DNA from: Candidatus Hermodarchaeum yapensis
GTDB taxonomy: Archaea; Asgardarchaeota; Hermodarchaeia; Hermodarchaeales; Hermodarchaeaceae
NCBI GenBank assembly: GCA_016840405.1
Contig: JAEOSK010000002.1
Location: 32,001-96,000, forward strand
Length of the DNA stretch: 64,000 nt
Direction: 5' to 3'
A program made the translations under genes and the position numbers. This document shows positions 50,728 through 60,095 of this stretch, piece by piece (position 1 is the stretch's first letter; the number at the start of each line of letters is the position of its first letter). The notes beneath the pieces were generated by a model, which saw only the letters and a list, made by a program, of their open reading frames with translations, was not told the origin of the DNA and searched no databases.

Positions 50728-52707
50728 TTGAAGGGATTGAGTTTGCACGGACCAAATGAAGAAAATGGCTGTAGCACCTGTGAAATGGATTATTCACAAG
50801 TCATAACACGCGGGTCTTTGTGGAGTGATCGACGGTTTCTCATCATTCTTGTTTCTGTTATCCTGTTTAGTTTTGGTCTTGTTTTCGAACTTCTCCTTGG
50901 TCTACCAGGGGTTTCACTGAACCTATTTTTCTTTACAGCGTGTATTGCTGGATTCTACATCGCTAAAGCTGGAATTTCAGGTCTCATCTTCCGTCATCAA
51001 TTAAACATTGCATTCTTGATGACCATTGCTGCGGTTGCGAGTTTTCTCATCGGTCATCCAGCAGAGGGTGCCGCAGTGATGATGCTTTACTTCATTGCGG
51101 AATTTCTCGAAAGTAAGGCTAAGGAGAAAGCTCAGCGATCAGTTGCATCGCTTATGAAACTTGCTCCTGAAATGGCGACGGTAAAACAGGCTGGAAAAGA
51201 GGTCAATGTGCATGTTCATGACGTTGAAGTCGATGAGATTGTGGTTGTACGTCCAGGTGAAAAAATCCCTCTAGATGGCGCTGTGAGTAGCGGTACTTCG
51301 AGTGTGAATCAAGCCCCTATTACGGGCGAGTCTATTCCCGTGAGGAAACAAGTCAACGATGAAGTGTATGCAGGAACCATCAATAATGAAGGCTTCCTTG
51401 AGGTTCGGGTTACACGGCTTTCTGATGAAACGGTGCTCTCAAGAATCTTGACCTTGGTTGAAGAGGCGCAGAAGGAGAAATCAACTACTGAGCATTTCAT
51501 CGACAAGGTTGCTAAATATTATACACCGACGATTGTCTTGCTTGCTTTACTCGTGGTAGTAATTCCTCCTTTGTTATTTGGTGTTCCGTGGTTTGAATGG
51601 GTGTACCGTGGACTTGTTCTCTTGGTTATCTCTTGTCCATGTGCTTTTGCGATATCGACTCCTGTGGCGATGGTGTCAGCCCTCACTAGCGCAACCAGGA
51701 ATGGTGTGTTGATTAAGGGAAGTCGGTATGTTGAGGAATTGGGGAATGTGAAAGTTGTGGCGTTTGATAAAACTGCTACATTGACTGAGGGGCAGCTAGT
51801 GGTGACTGATATTGTTTCTGTGAATGGATCCACCAAAGAGGTCCTCGAAATTGCGGCTTCATTAGAAACGTTTTCTGAGCATCCCATTAGTCAGGCAATC
51901 GTTGAGAAGCTTGCAAACCCAGGCGGGGAAGTTCTGCCTGTGAAGAATTTTAGTGCGATACCCGGCCGTGGTGTCTCAGGAACGATAGATGGGGAGGAGT
52001 TCTTTGTGGGAAGTGAACGATTATTCACTGAGCACGGGATTACATTTTCACGGGAACTGGTTAATCGACTTGAACGTGAGGGCAAAACAGTGGTGCTTGT
52101 AGGCACAGAAAGCGAAGTGATTGGTGTTATTGCGGTTCAAGATATTGTGCGTCAGTCTGCGGTTGTAGCAATCTCAGTGTTGAAGAAAATGGGGATCTCG
52201 CCTGTCATGTTAACTGGGGATAATGAAGAAATAGCAAGGGCTATTGCGTCTGAGGTGGGTATTGAGGAAGTCTATGCAGAGCTGTTACCCGGGGATAAGG
52301 TGAAGGTCATCAAGGCATTACAAGAGAGATATGGATCGATTGCAATGGTAGGTGATGGCATTAATGATGCACCTGCTTTAGCGACAGCTGATGTTGGTAT
52401 TGCGATGGGTGCTATTGGCAGTGATGCGGCTATTGATACGGCAGATATCGCATTAATGCAAGACGATCTTTCGAGCTTACCCTATTTATTCCGGTTAAGT
52501 AGAAAGACTCGTGGCATCGTTCGACAAAATGTCGTTACCTCATTAGTTGTGAAATTCAGTCTTGCAGTACTCACATTCCCTGGACTCATATCGTTATGGG
52601 TTGCCGTTGCGGTTGGTGACATGGGCTTATCCTTAGCAGTGGTTCTTAACGCCATGCGTCTGTCAAGAATTCGAACGGACATCAATGGCTCAGAGTTATT
52701 GGATTAG
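50728..52707 (+). CDS. Heavy-metal P1B ATPase (ZntA/CadA-like)
   Basis: TGES, CPC, DKTATLT, SEHP, TGD, GDGINDAPAL. Confidence 0.92.
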   Translation: MKGLSLHGPNEENGCSTCEMDYSQVITRGSLWSDRRFLIILVSVILFSFGLVFELLLGLPGVSLNLFFFTACIAGFYIAKAGISGLIFRHQLNIAFLMTIAAVASFLIGHPAEGAAVMMLYFIAEFLESKAKEKAQRSVASLMKLAPEMATVKQAGKEVNVHVHDVEVDEIVVVRPGEKIPLDGAVSSGTSSVNQAPITGESIPVRKQVNDEVYAGTINNEGFLEVRVTRLSDETVLSRILTLVEEAQKEKSTTEHFIDKVAKYYTPTIVLLALLVVVIPPLLFGVPWFEWVYRGLVLLVISCPCAFAISTPVAMVSALTSATRNGVLIKGSRYVEELGNVKVVAFDKTATLTEGQLVVTDIVSVNGSTKEVLEIAASLETFSEHPISQAIVEKLANPGGEVLPVKNFSAIPGRGVSGTIDGEEFFVGSERLFTEHGITFSRELVNRLEREGKTVVLVGTESEVIGVIAVQDIVRQSAVVAISVLKKMGISPVMLTGDNEEIARAIASEVGIEEVYAELLPGDKVKVIKALQERYGSIAMVGDGINDAPALATADVGIAMGAIGSDAAIDTADIALMQDDLSSLPYLFRLSRKTRGIVRQNVVTSLVVKFSLAVLTFPGLISLWVAVAVGDMGLSLAVVLNAMRLSRIRTDINGSELLD

Positions 52708-53342
52708 GATTTACCAAAGGAGCTTTTGTACTCTTGAAGGAGCTTTTCATCGACTTCTAGATCTTGAAAAATAACTGGGGCGATTTCTTTCACAAGTCGA
52801 AGCATTTCATTGGCAATTGCTCGTATTTCAAATTGGGCGGTTTGATGCAATCGGAGAGGGAAGAAGGATTCGAGGAGGGTTCGGCCATTGAAGGTGGCAA
52901 TGATTGCAGTCTCGGAACCCATTGGAGCTAGATATCGGGCATCTTCCATGGGTACACCACGCCGGTAATATTCGCGGTAGAGTGTCTCTGCAGCCTTTTG
53001 CAGTTTTTCTGGGTCTTCGGCAGCTTCAAGTACGGACTTTGGGAGAATGAGCTCTTTGATTTTGGTACGTCGAAATGATTTCTGCAAATAACTGGCAATG
53101 CGGTGGCGCACAAATTGATGGGTGAAGACGCGGGAAACACCTGTGATTTCAAAGGTGAAGACAGCGTGTTCTAGCACAGAGGTATGACCCATTTTGATGA
53201 CCTTTCGCAGGAATGTCTCCCAACCGCCACTTGGAATTTTTCGGTCAAGCTCTTCCCAAGTTTCCAATACGTTTGAATACCGACCAATCTTCGCACACAG
53301 TTGATCGGGATTTTCAGTGTGAGAAAGAATTGTGACTTTCAC
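52704..53342 (-). CDS. thyX: FAD-dependent thymidylate synthase
   Basis: HTSVLEH, HQFVRHRIAS..SFR, EDARY, AQFEIR; start set to GTG 53342. Confidence 0.92.
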   Translation of the reverse strand: MKVTILSHTENPDQLCAKIGRYSNVLETWEELDRKIPSGGWETFLRKVIKMGHTSVLEHAVFTFEITGVSRVFTHQFVRHRIASYLQKSFRRTKIKELILPKSVLEAAEDPEKLQKAAETLYREYYRRGVPMEDARYLAPMGSETAIIATFNGRTLLESFFPLRLHQTAQFEIRAIANEMLRLVKEIAPVIFQDLEVDEKLLQEYKSSFGKS

Positions 53343-53461
53343 GAGCTGCAACTCCGAATTGGAGGGATAGTACTGACTAGCTTGGATATATCTTTTCGCC
53401 GATAATACACGCTTATATCTCCGATATCCCCTCAAATTACTAGCAACGTGTATTACTTTAA

Positions 53462-54022
53462 ATGTGGACACACATGATTGAATTTCTCGTGCTTTTCATT
53501 TTCATGGGGATTTGTATCTGCATCGCCGCAATGGCAAGATTGGGTCGAAGTGATTTGGAGGAAAGCAGGACTGTGAGTTATCGTCCAACACGTTCGAGGT
53601 CACGTCCAAGCAGTTCGAGTTCTTTTAATCGTTATAAACGGTCTCAAACGCGAACTAGGGATCAAAGCTCTAGTCCAATTGGAGGGACTTGTTTAGATTG
53701 TGGGGCAGTCTTTAAAGAAGAAACTTCTCTGCAGTGTCCGAATTGTGGAGCTGACCGACAGCGTTGTCCTATTTGTCAGCGGTTTGTCACAGCTAACCAA
53801 GATTTGTTGGCTTGTCCGCATTGTAAAGCAATTGGTCATGCAAATGAAATGGAGTTGTGGGTTCATGAGGAGCGAGTTTGTCCATATTGTGGGAGGAAAC
53901 TTGGCACCCTTGATTTACAGGAGCCGAAAAGACGTCCCAAAAAGCGAACAAGAACACGTCGTACCAAGCGAACGAAAAAATCGACGAAAAAAGTTACTAA
54001 AAAGCTAACTAAAAAGAAATAA
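53462..54022 (+). CDS. Membrane-anchored zinc-ribbon plus RING-like protein with basic tail
   Basis: CPIC..CPHC..H..W..CPYC. Confidence 0.65.
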   Translation: MWTHMIEFLVLFIFMGICICIAAMARLGRSDLEESRTVSYRPTRSRSRPSSSSSFNRYKRSQTRTRDQSSSPIGGTCLDCGAVFKEETSLQCPNCGADRQRCPICQRFVTANQDLLACPHCKAIGHANEMELWVHEERVCPYCGRKLGTLDLQEPKRRPKKRTRTRRTKRTKKSTKKVTKKLTKKK

Positions 54023-54029
54023 GATTCTT

Positions 54030-55046
54030 TTATGGAATTCCAGGTACTTTAGGGAATGGGGAACATTCCCAGATATGGGGGATGCCACAGATATACCGTG
54101 TTAGTCGCTCCATACCAATACCAAATCCTGCTGAAGGAGGAATGCCTTCTTCTAGCATGTCAATATACCATCCATATTTTTGAGGGTCGTCACCAGTTTC
54201 CCGCATGCGCCGTGTGACTCCCTCAACCGTATATTCTCGCTCACCCCCACTGGAGATTTCTCCGTAACCTTCAGGTAACAGCAGATCCATTGAACGTACT
54301 ACTCCGGGTCGATCGTCATCGACAAGGTAAAAGAAACCACGGGATGTGTATGGGTAGTCAGTAATCCAGAATGGTGTGTTAAAGAAGAGTGAGAGATGGT
54401 GTTCTGCTATCCAAGGAATCTCTGCTTTAGGATCTAAATCAAATCCCTCATCAGCGAGAATTTTTAGGGCTTCAGTGAATGTGATTCGTGGGAGGTGCCG
54501 GGGAGGTAAGTGAAGGGTGCGTCCAAGCTGTTCTAGCTGCGTTTTGCACTCCTTATGGACTGAATTGATGGCCTCGTACAGTAATCGGTCTCCAAGCGCC
54601 ATCACTTCGTCACATGAGGTATTGGCCATTTCTAAATCGAGTTGATAGAACTCAGCAAGGTGACGACCCGTACTCTTACTTGCTGATGGCTCCAGCCGGA
54701 CGTTGGGAGAAAATGAATAAACGCGGGGGTAACTCGCCATCGCCATTTGTTTGTACAAAATCATGCTGGTCATCAGCACGTACATCTTCCCATAGAAGGG
54801 AACCACAACGGTGCCAGCCCCACGAATACCTGGATCGGTAACGGGACCAATAATTGGCGCCAACACTTCCATGAACCCTTTACTATCAAGGAAGCGACGA
54901 CATGCTCGAGATATTTGATGCTGCACCTGTAGGATTGCTCGAGCTCGCGGAGTACGGATCGACCGGTATCGGAATCGAACACCGCTTTCCACGTCTTTTG
55001 CTACTTCGCTTGAGAGCCGACGACGCGGAATTGGTTCCAATACCAT
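54030..55046 (-). CDS. asnA: Archaeal asparagine synthetase (AsnRS catalytic-core paralog)
   Basis: TDP, SMILYKQ, SPNVRLE, RHLAEFYQLD, PSAGFGIGMERL; no anticodon domain. Confidence 0.88.
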   Translation of the reverse strand: MVLEPIPRRRLSSEVAKDVESGVRFRYRSIRTPRARAILQVQHQISRACRRFLDSKGFMEVLAPIIGPVTDPGIRGAGTVVVPFYGKMYVLMTSMILYKQMAMASYPRVYSFSPNVRLEPSASKSTGRHLAEFYQLDLEMANTSCDEVMALGDRLLYEAINSVHKECKTQLEQLGRTLHLPPRHLPRITFTEALKILADEGFDLDPKAEIPWIAEHHLSLFFNTPFWITDYPYTSRGFFYLVDDDRPGVVRSMDLLLPEGYGEISSGGEREYTVEGVTRRMRETGDDPQKYGWYIDMLEEGIPPSAGFGIGMERLTRYICGIPHIWECSPFPKVPGIP

Positions 55047-55154
55047 GTTGACGCACCCAAGGTATCTACAGATGGTCTAACCATATTATCTTTTTGCTAA
55101 CGGCAATGGCAAAAAGACAAAATATAACAATAATTATATATCATAATTGTCTAT

Positions 55155-55607
55155 TTGATAATTATGATTGATAAACAGGATTTCAAGATACTAAACGAAT
55201 TGCAGCAAGATGCCAGTCAATCTGTACTCAGCATATCCCGTAAAGTGAAAATGCCCCGCTCGACAGTGCAACATCGAATAGAAAGGATGAAAGCAAATCA
55301 GATTATAAAGCGAGTTGTAGCACTTCCTGATTATGCAAAAATTGGGTTACCAGTTACCGCTTTTGTGTTGGTGAATTTTCATCCCACAAGTGGACTCTCT
55401 CAACAGGACGTAGCTCAATCGATTGCTAAGCTAGAAAATGTGGTTGAAGTACACGTGGTTGCTGGTCAATGGGATATAATTCTGAAAGCCCGGGGGGCAT
55501 CATTGAAAGAGATTGGTGAACTGGTGGTAAATCAGCTTCGCGAAATTCCTGGTGTAGGTCAGACCGTAACGTCGGGTAGTTTCTTCGTTATCAAAGAAGA
55601 TCCGTAG
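55155..55607 (+). CDS. Lrp/AsnC family regulator
   Basis: D..IL.ELQ.D HTH, PDYAKIG, VAGQWD. Confidence 0.9.
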   Translation: MIIMIDKQDFKILNELQQDASQSVLSISRKVKMPRSTVQHRIERMKANQIIKRVVALPDYAKIGLPVTAFVLVNFHPTSGLSQQDVAQSIAKLENVVEVHVVAGQWDIILKARGASLKEIGELVVNQLREIPGVGQTVTSGSFFVIKEDP

Positions 55608-55610
55608 TCA

Positions 55611-56096
55611 TTAGATTTTTTTGAGAAGTGGTCGGAGTTTTGTGTATCTATCATCAGTAGCAATGGTTTCACTCAGAGTGTCTTCAAGGGCTTGATCGAG
55701 GGCTTGTTTAAGCTGTTGTTGGGCTTCTTTTTCTTTTCCGAGTTCTATAAGGGCCCAGGCATGGTTGAGGTAGATGGTAGGTGAGGGATTGGGGAGTTTG
55801 GCGGCTTTTGCATAGCATTTTTCGCCTTCTTCCCAATTACTTTGAAGGAGGTAGAGGTGGCCAAGATTGTTCCAGTTTTGAACATTCTTGGGGTCGAGGT
55901 CTGTGGCTTGTTTAGCAGCTTCAGTGGCTTGTTCGATTTCTCCGCTTTGTTTATGGATGTTGGCAAGAAGACTCCATGCATCGACGTTCTTTTTATCAAG
56001 GTCTATGAGTTCTTTTGTCAGTTTTTCTGCTCGTTCATAGTCGGAGTCACTGAGGGCAATTACTGCCCGTTGAAAAAGGTCACTTTCTTTACCCAT
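55611..56096 (-). CDS. TPR protein
   Basis: AWSLLA, DPKN..WNNLG. Confidence 0.85.
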   Translation of the reverse strand: MGKESDLFQRAVIALSDSDYERAEKLTKELIDLDKKNVDAWSLLANIHKQSGEIEQATEAAKQATDLDPKNVQNWNNLGHLYLLQSNWEEGEKCYAKAAKLPNPSPTIYLNHAWALIELGKEKEAQQQLKQALDQALEDTLSETIATDDRYTKLRPLLKKI

Positions 56097-56172
56097 ATGC
56101 CAACACCAATCCGTATAACCTCCGGTATCGTACCTCTAAAATGCTTCTTTCAGCTTGCTTCAGTGGCTTGGA

Positions 56173-56568
56173 TTATCCGGATTCTTCATCCGGTTCATTG
56201 CGGATCCTCATTCTACGGATTCGATTTCGTTGTGATTCATGGCTCCTATCATATCGACGTTTGAATTCGTGCTTCATAACCGTGTGCATTACGAAATACG
56301 TTAATCCCAACATCAAGCCGACGCCTAGTGATACCCAAAATATGATTGATGTAATTAATAGCAATCCCATGGCGAGTTGTTGATTTCCTGTTAGACTGGC
56401 AACTGTTGTTACACCGTAGAGAATACCTATGAAAATTGCTAGTCCTATGATGATTAGAATGATTGCGCGAGTTCTCGATTGTGGTTGAGGTCGATCTTGT
56501 TGGTGGGTTGCTCCCTTTCGGGGCGCTGGAAATATCCGAGTTGAGCTATGCATTAGGTTTCTCTCCAA
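56173..56568 (-). CDS. 2-TM hypothetical protein
   Basis: ORF track. Confidence 0.6.
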   Translation of the reverse strand: MERNLMHSSTRIFPAPRKGATHQQDRPQPQSRTRAIILIIIGLAIFIGILYGVTTVASLTGNQQLAMGLLLITSIIFWVSLGVGLMLGLTYFVMHTVMKHEFKRRYDRSHESQRNRIRRMRIRNEPDEESG

Positions 56569-56735
56569 AAACTGGATATCTTCACAGAGTACCTTTAGAT
56601 AAAATGTTTTGGTTCACAAACCAATGGAAAACACTTCAATGCTGTAAAACTCCTCAAATTTTCTTGCACACAAACCTTATCAGAGAATAGCATGCAGAGG
56701 GTAGGAGGCTTCTTTGAAGGAGGCTTGCAGAAATC

Positions 56736-57044
56736 ATGTCAATGATGGAATACGTTAAACCCTTAACCTATTATGGTGCTATTATCGCTATTATCGTTGG
56801 GTTTGTCGAAATCGTGTTTGCGATTTTCTCATGGTCTTTCATTACCATTGTACTTGCTGTTCTTGCCATTGTTTCTGGATTCCTTGTTTTTTCACGGTAT
56901 TATCCGCTCCTTGACAAGGCACCAAGTGACACTGCTATTTGGCTAATCATATTTGGTATCCTTTCGTGGTCAGCTATTGGTGGTATTCTGATCTTTATTG
57001 CCGGACTCTTCCTCATCATCGAGAAGGAAAGTGAAAAAGGATAA
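56736..57044 (+). CDS. Small 4-TM protein
   Basis: IGGILIFIAG; GGAGG upstream. Confidence 0.65.
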   Translation: MSMMEYVKPLTYYGAIIAIIVGFVEIVFAIFSWSFITIVLAVLAIVSGFLVFSRYYPLLDKAPSDTAIWLIIFGILSWSAIGGILIFIAGLFLIIEKESEKG

Positions 57045-57206
57045 TCAAGGCAGGGGTTTCCAATTCGAGGAACTAGCGATTTGAATCGCAAGTTCCTTTG
57101 CTTCATTTTTTTTCAGATTCGCCACCTAGGAAATGTGTTTTAAGGTTATAATGGTTACTTTGAATACTGGAGTGTAGTAGCCATAGATATCATAGACACC
57201 GCACGG

Positions 57207-57533
57207 TTGCTCATGCGATGTGGATCCATTCTTGGGATTGTGTTAGGTGTATTATCAACGTTATTTTGGGGGAATCTTATCTTTGTTCGGTCTCTAGCAC
57301 CGGTATTTTCAGTGAACCTCTTTGAACTATTTTTGCTACTGGTTAGTATTGGTGCAATAATTTCCTGCTACTACCTCTACACTCGGTTTCCCCCAAGAAT
57401 TGAAAACGACCCTAGCAACACAGGCTTGGTATTAGTGGGATTAGGGATATTTGTAGCAATAGGGTCTTGGGGCATTGCTGGACTGCTTCTTGTAATAAGT
57501 GGGATTCTCATCTTAATTGATGAAACAAGTTAA
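57207..57533 (+). CDS. Small 4-TM protein, probable paralog
   Basis: Shared layout and PSxT motif. Confidence 0.6.
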   Translation: MLMRCGSILGIVLGVLSTLFWGNLIFVRSLAPVFSVNLFELFLLLVSIGAIISCYYLYTRFPPRIENDPSNTGLVLVGLGIFVAIGSWGIAGLLLVISGILILIDETS

Positions 57534-57556
57534 TCCTAAGAATTCTTTAAGTAAAA

Positions 57557-58645
57557 TTAGAAGTTAAGTTTGCCTTCCATTATCACGGCTGTGGGACCGA
57601 TACTGACAATCGCATCATTCAAGGTATGGTCATAGACCAGATTACTCTGGCTTCGTCCGCCGATGTAGGTGTTATCACCAAGACCTAAGGTTATGGTACC
57701 AGGGATGAGGGTATCGGTGTGTTGACCGAAAGTCGTTGAGCCACGTGGATTAATTCCAAAGGCTAGTCGCGTTAACCGGTCTTTTACTTCAGTCCCAGCA
57801 TGTAGTGCTTGTTCTATGGTCTTGGCTCCTTTGAGAACTCGGGTATGTGTTAGCTGGCCCTTTTTGAAATCTAATCGGAGATTTTGGATGGTTTCACCTA
57901 GATAGGCTCTGGGAAGATTGAATATCACAGAACCTTCAGCACTGGATTCATCGATTGGAATGGTGATGGTTCCCGCAGGTAATTGGGCGAAGACGTTCTT
58001 GTTTTGTATATCTGCTTGGTCGATAATTCCGTCATCGATACGTGGTTTTCCTCGAGTTCGAAATCGTAAATCGGTTCCTTCGCTGGAACTGAGATGAATT
58101 TCACGATATTTGCTGAGGAGACTTTCGAAACGTTGACCTAATTCGACAATTTCGCCTTGGTTTGCGGAAAGGGCTCGGTTACTTTCGTTCATCAGATTTG
58201 ATTGGGAGATACCATATGTCTTTGCAGCTTTTTCAGTAAATCCCGTAGTTCTTACGAAAAGTGTACGAACTTGGCTAAAGAAAGCTGTTCCGAGTAAACG
58301 TGTAATTTGGCTGGTGACACCCAAGACTTTGCTTTTATCAGCGCTTTTGTAAATACCGGGGTCTTCAGGACCATCAAGTACAATTAGCACATTGCTTTTT
58401 GATACACCACTGAGCCAATGGTCAATTGGTGTGTTGACTGCTTCTTGGGGAGCTTTCTTTAACACGTGAGTCACTGAACTTTCTGATGTTACGCTGAGAA
58501 CGGCAGCAGCTCCATGAAGCTGGGCTTGTTCCACTATCTCTTGTGCTAGATCAAAGGAATGATCCCAAGTATGTACCCAAACGCGTTCCTGATCACGAAT
58601 TCGTAAAGCATCCTGGACAATCTGACGCGCAAAGCTTGTTGACAT
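57557..58645 (-). CDS. Peptidase M29-like protein, apparently lacking metal ligands
   Basis: GTDLRF, DDG, LPAG, FGIN, LGLGDN..GG..S. Confidence 0.7.
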   Translation of the reverse strand: MSTSFARQIVQDALRIRDQERVWVHTWDHSFDLAQEIVEQAQLHGAAAVLSVTSESSVTHVLKKAPQEAVNTPIDHWLSGVSKSNVLIVLDGPEDPGIYKSADKSKVLGVTSQITRLLGTAFFSQVRTLFVRTTGFTEKAAKTYGISQSNLMNESNRALSANQGEIVELGQRFESLLSKYREIHLSSSEGTDLRFRTRGKPRIDDGIIDQADIQNKNVFAQLPAGTITIPIDESSAEGSVIFNLPRAYLGETIQNLRLDFKKGQLTHTRVLKGAKTIEQALHAGTEVKDRLTRLAFGINPRGSTTFGQHTDTLIPGTITLGLGDNTYIGGRSQSNLVYDHTLNDAIVSIGPTAVIMEGKLNF

Positions 58646-58827
58646 TCTTATGAGCTTCCCATTTGATATTGTATCTCGTGAATGAAAGCCTAAATTCATT
58701 TAAGGCTTCATGAAGAACCTGTACTTTTAAGGATGGGATGAATCGTGGAGTTTAAATAAGTTATTAAAATTCTCTAATCGAGGTTCCAGTCAGTAACCGA
58801 GAACCAAGGTTTTAAGACTGGGCAACA

Positions 58828-58988
58828 TCGCCGGAACGGCGAGTAGGTCCTGTGGACCAGTCGATCCAAATCGATGGAATGAAGCGGGAAGGTCCATCCT
58901 TCAGGGTAGAGTAGTTCACACTGTCTTGATTTTCCAACAAGAGAACTTGGGTTCAGTTACACTGAACCCTCTCTTTTGTTTTTATTTT
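58828..58988 (+). ncRNA. Candidate structured RNA or leader with terminator
   Basis: Six hairpins in ~140 nt, TATA-like TTTTAAG at 58810, terminal GGGTTCAG/CTGAACCC plus T-tract. Confidence 0.4.
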
Positions 58989-59020
58989 AGAAAGTGTATA
59001 GAGATATATGCGTGAGTTCA

Positions 59021-59128
59021 TTGACTAAAGATCCTCTCCTAAATCCCAAACGACCCTACCTGAATCCCCATGATTGGCGGATTACTTACTTACCGGATGA
59101 TGACTCAGTCATCGACCTCGACCAATAG
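59021..59128 (+). CDS. Possible 35-aa small protein
   Basis: TTG start after GTGAG; MTKDPLLNPKRPYLNPHDWRITYLPDDDSVIDLDQ*. Confidence 0.25.
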   Translation: MTKDPLLNPKRPYLNPHDWRITYLPDDDSVIDLDQ

Positions 59129-59256
59129 GCATTCAGCCTGTCCATTTCACATCGTTTCTCAAATTTGAGGAGAGGGGGAGCACAGGGAATCTCAGGCACA
59201 TCTCCCCCAAAACCATAACATGTAAAAAGAAACCAAAACTCGCGACGCTTGCAGAG

Positions 59257-59964
59257 GTGACCTTCATCTTGAGGGTAGCACGTCTGCAATATGTCCTGAT
59301 ATTGGTGTTTCTACTCTTTGTGAGCGTTAGCTTATGCAAACCCGTACACGCTAGTGATGGATTCTGGGTTCGAAAAGACTACGATTACACAGGAATCTTT
59401 CAATCTCTTGGTGGGTTTGAAGAGTGGAACTTTAATACATCGAGAGGTCCCGATGACCGTTGGGTCATTAACCTTACTATTAGTGGGTACGGCTTTAGCC
59501 CAATAACTGTGCTCGTATGTAATCAACTCGGGTATGATCAATGGAAACAGACGGGGTCCACTAATCAATGTGCATTTGTAGAAGCTGTGATGTTAACGCT
59601 TGATGTGGCAGTTAATCTAACTCAGCAGAGCAATTGGTTTTTTGTACTCAATAACACTGGTGCGGTCACTCTTTTCTATACTCTTTTTATCACTCACTTT
59701 AAGTGGTATACTGAACTTCCCCCAACTGCGTAAACAGATACTTTCTCGTTTTTTGGGGCCTTCTTAGGTTACCTAATTATTCTAGGCATTATTTGTTTCA
59801 GAATCATTCCGTGTTTACGTAATTGCAGTTGTATTGGTCGATTGCGTCGTAGTTCAAGGAAGAAATACGAAGGTTCAGAAATCCACTATCACTACTATTT
59901 TGTAGGGCAACTGGATTCATTTCCCGCTCATCAAATCCATGATGATGAGGAAGATGAATGGTGA
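59257..59964 (+). pseudogene. Type I membrane protein interrupted by in-frame TAA at 59731-59733
   Basis: Same frame continues 76 aa with TM, Cys/basic and acidic tail. Confidence 0.6.
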
Positions 59965-60095
59965 GTCTTCATGAAATGCTCTGAAATCTTGGCTATTCTG
60001 GAACGAAGTAAAATGCAATAAGCACCAATCCAATTAAAAGCCAACACAGAAAATAAATACTAAGGGTACTACTGAGCCCAAAGGAGCACTCGCCT

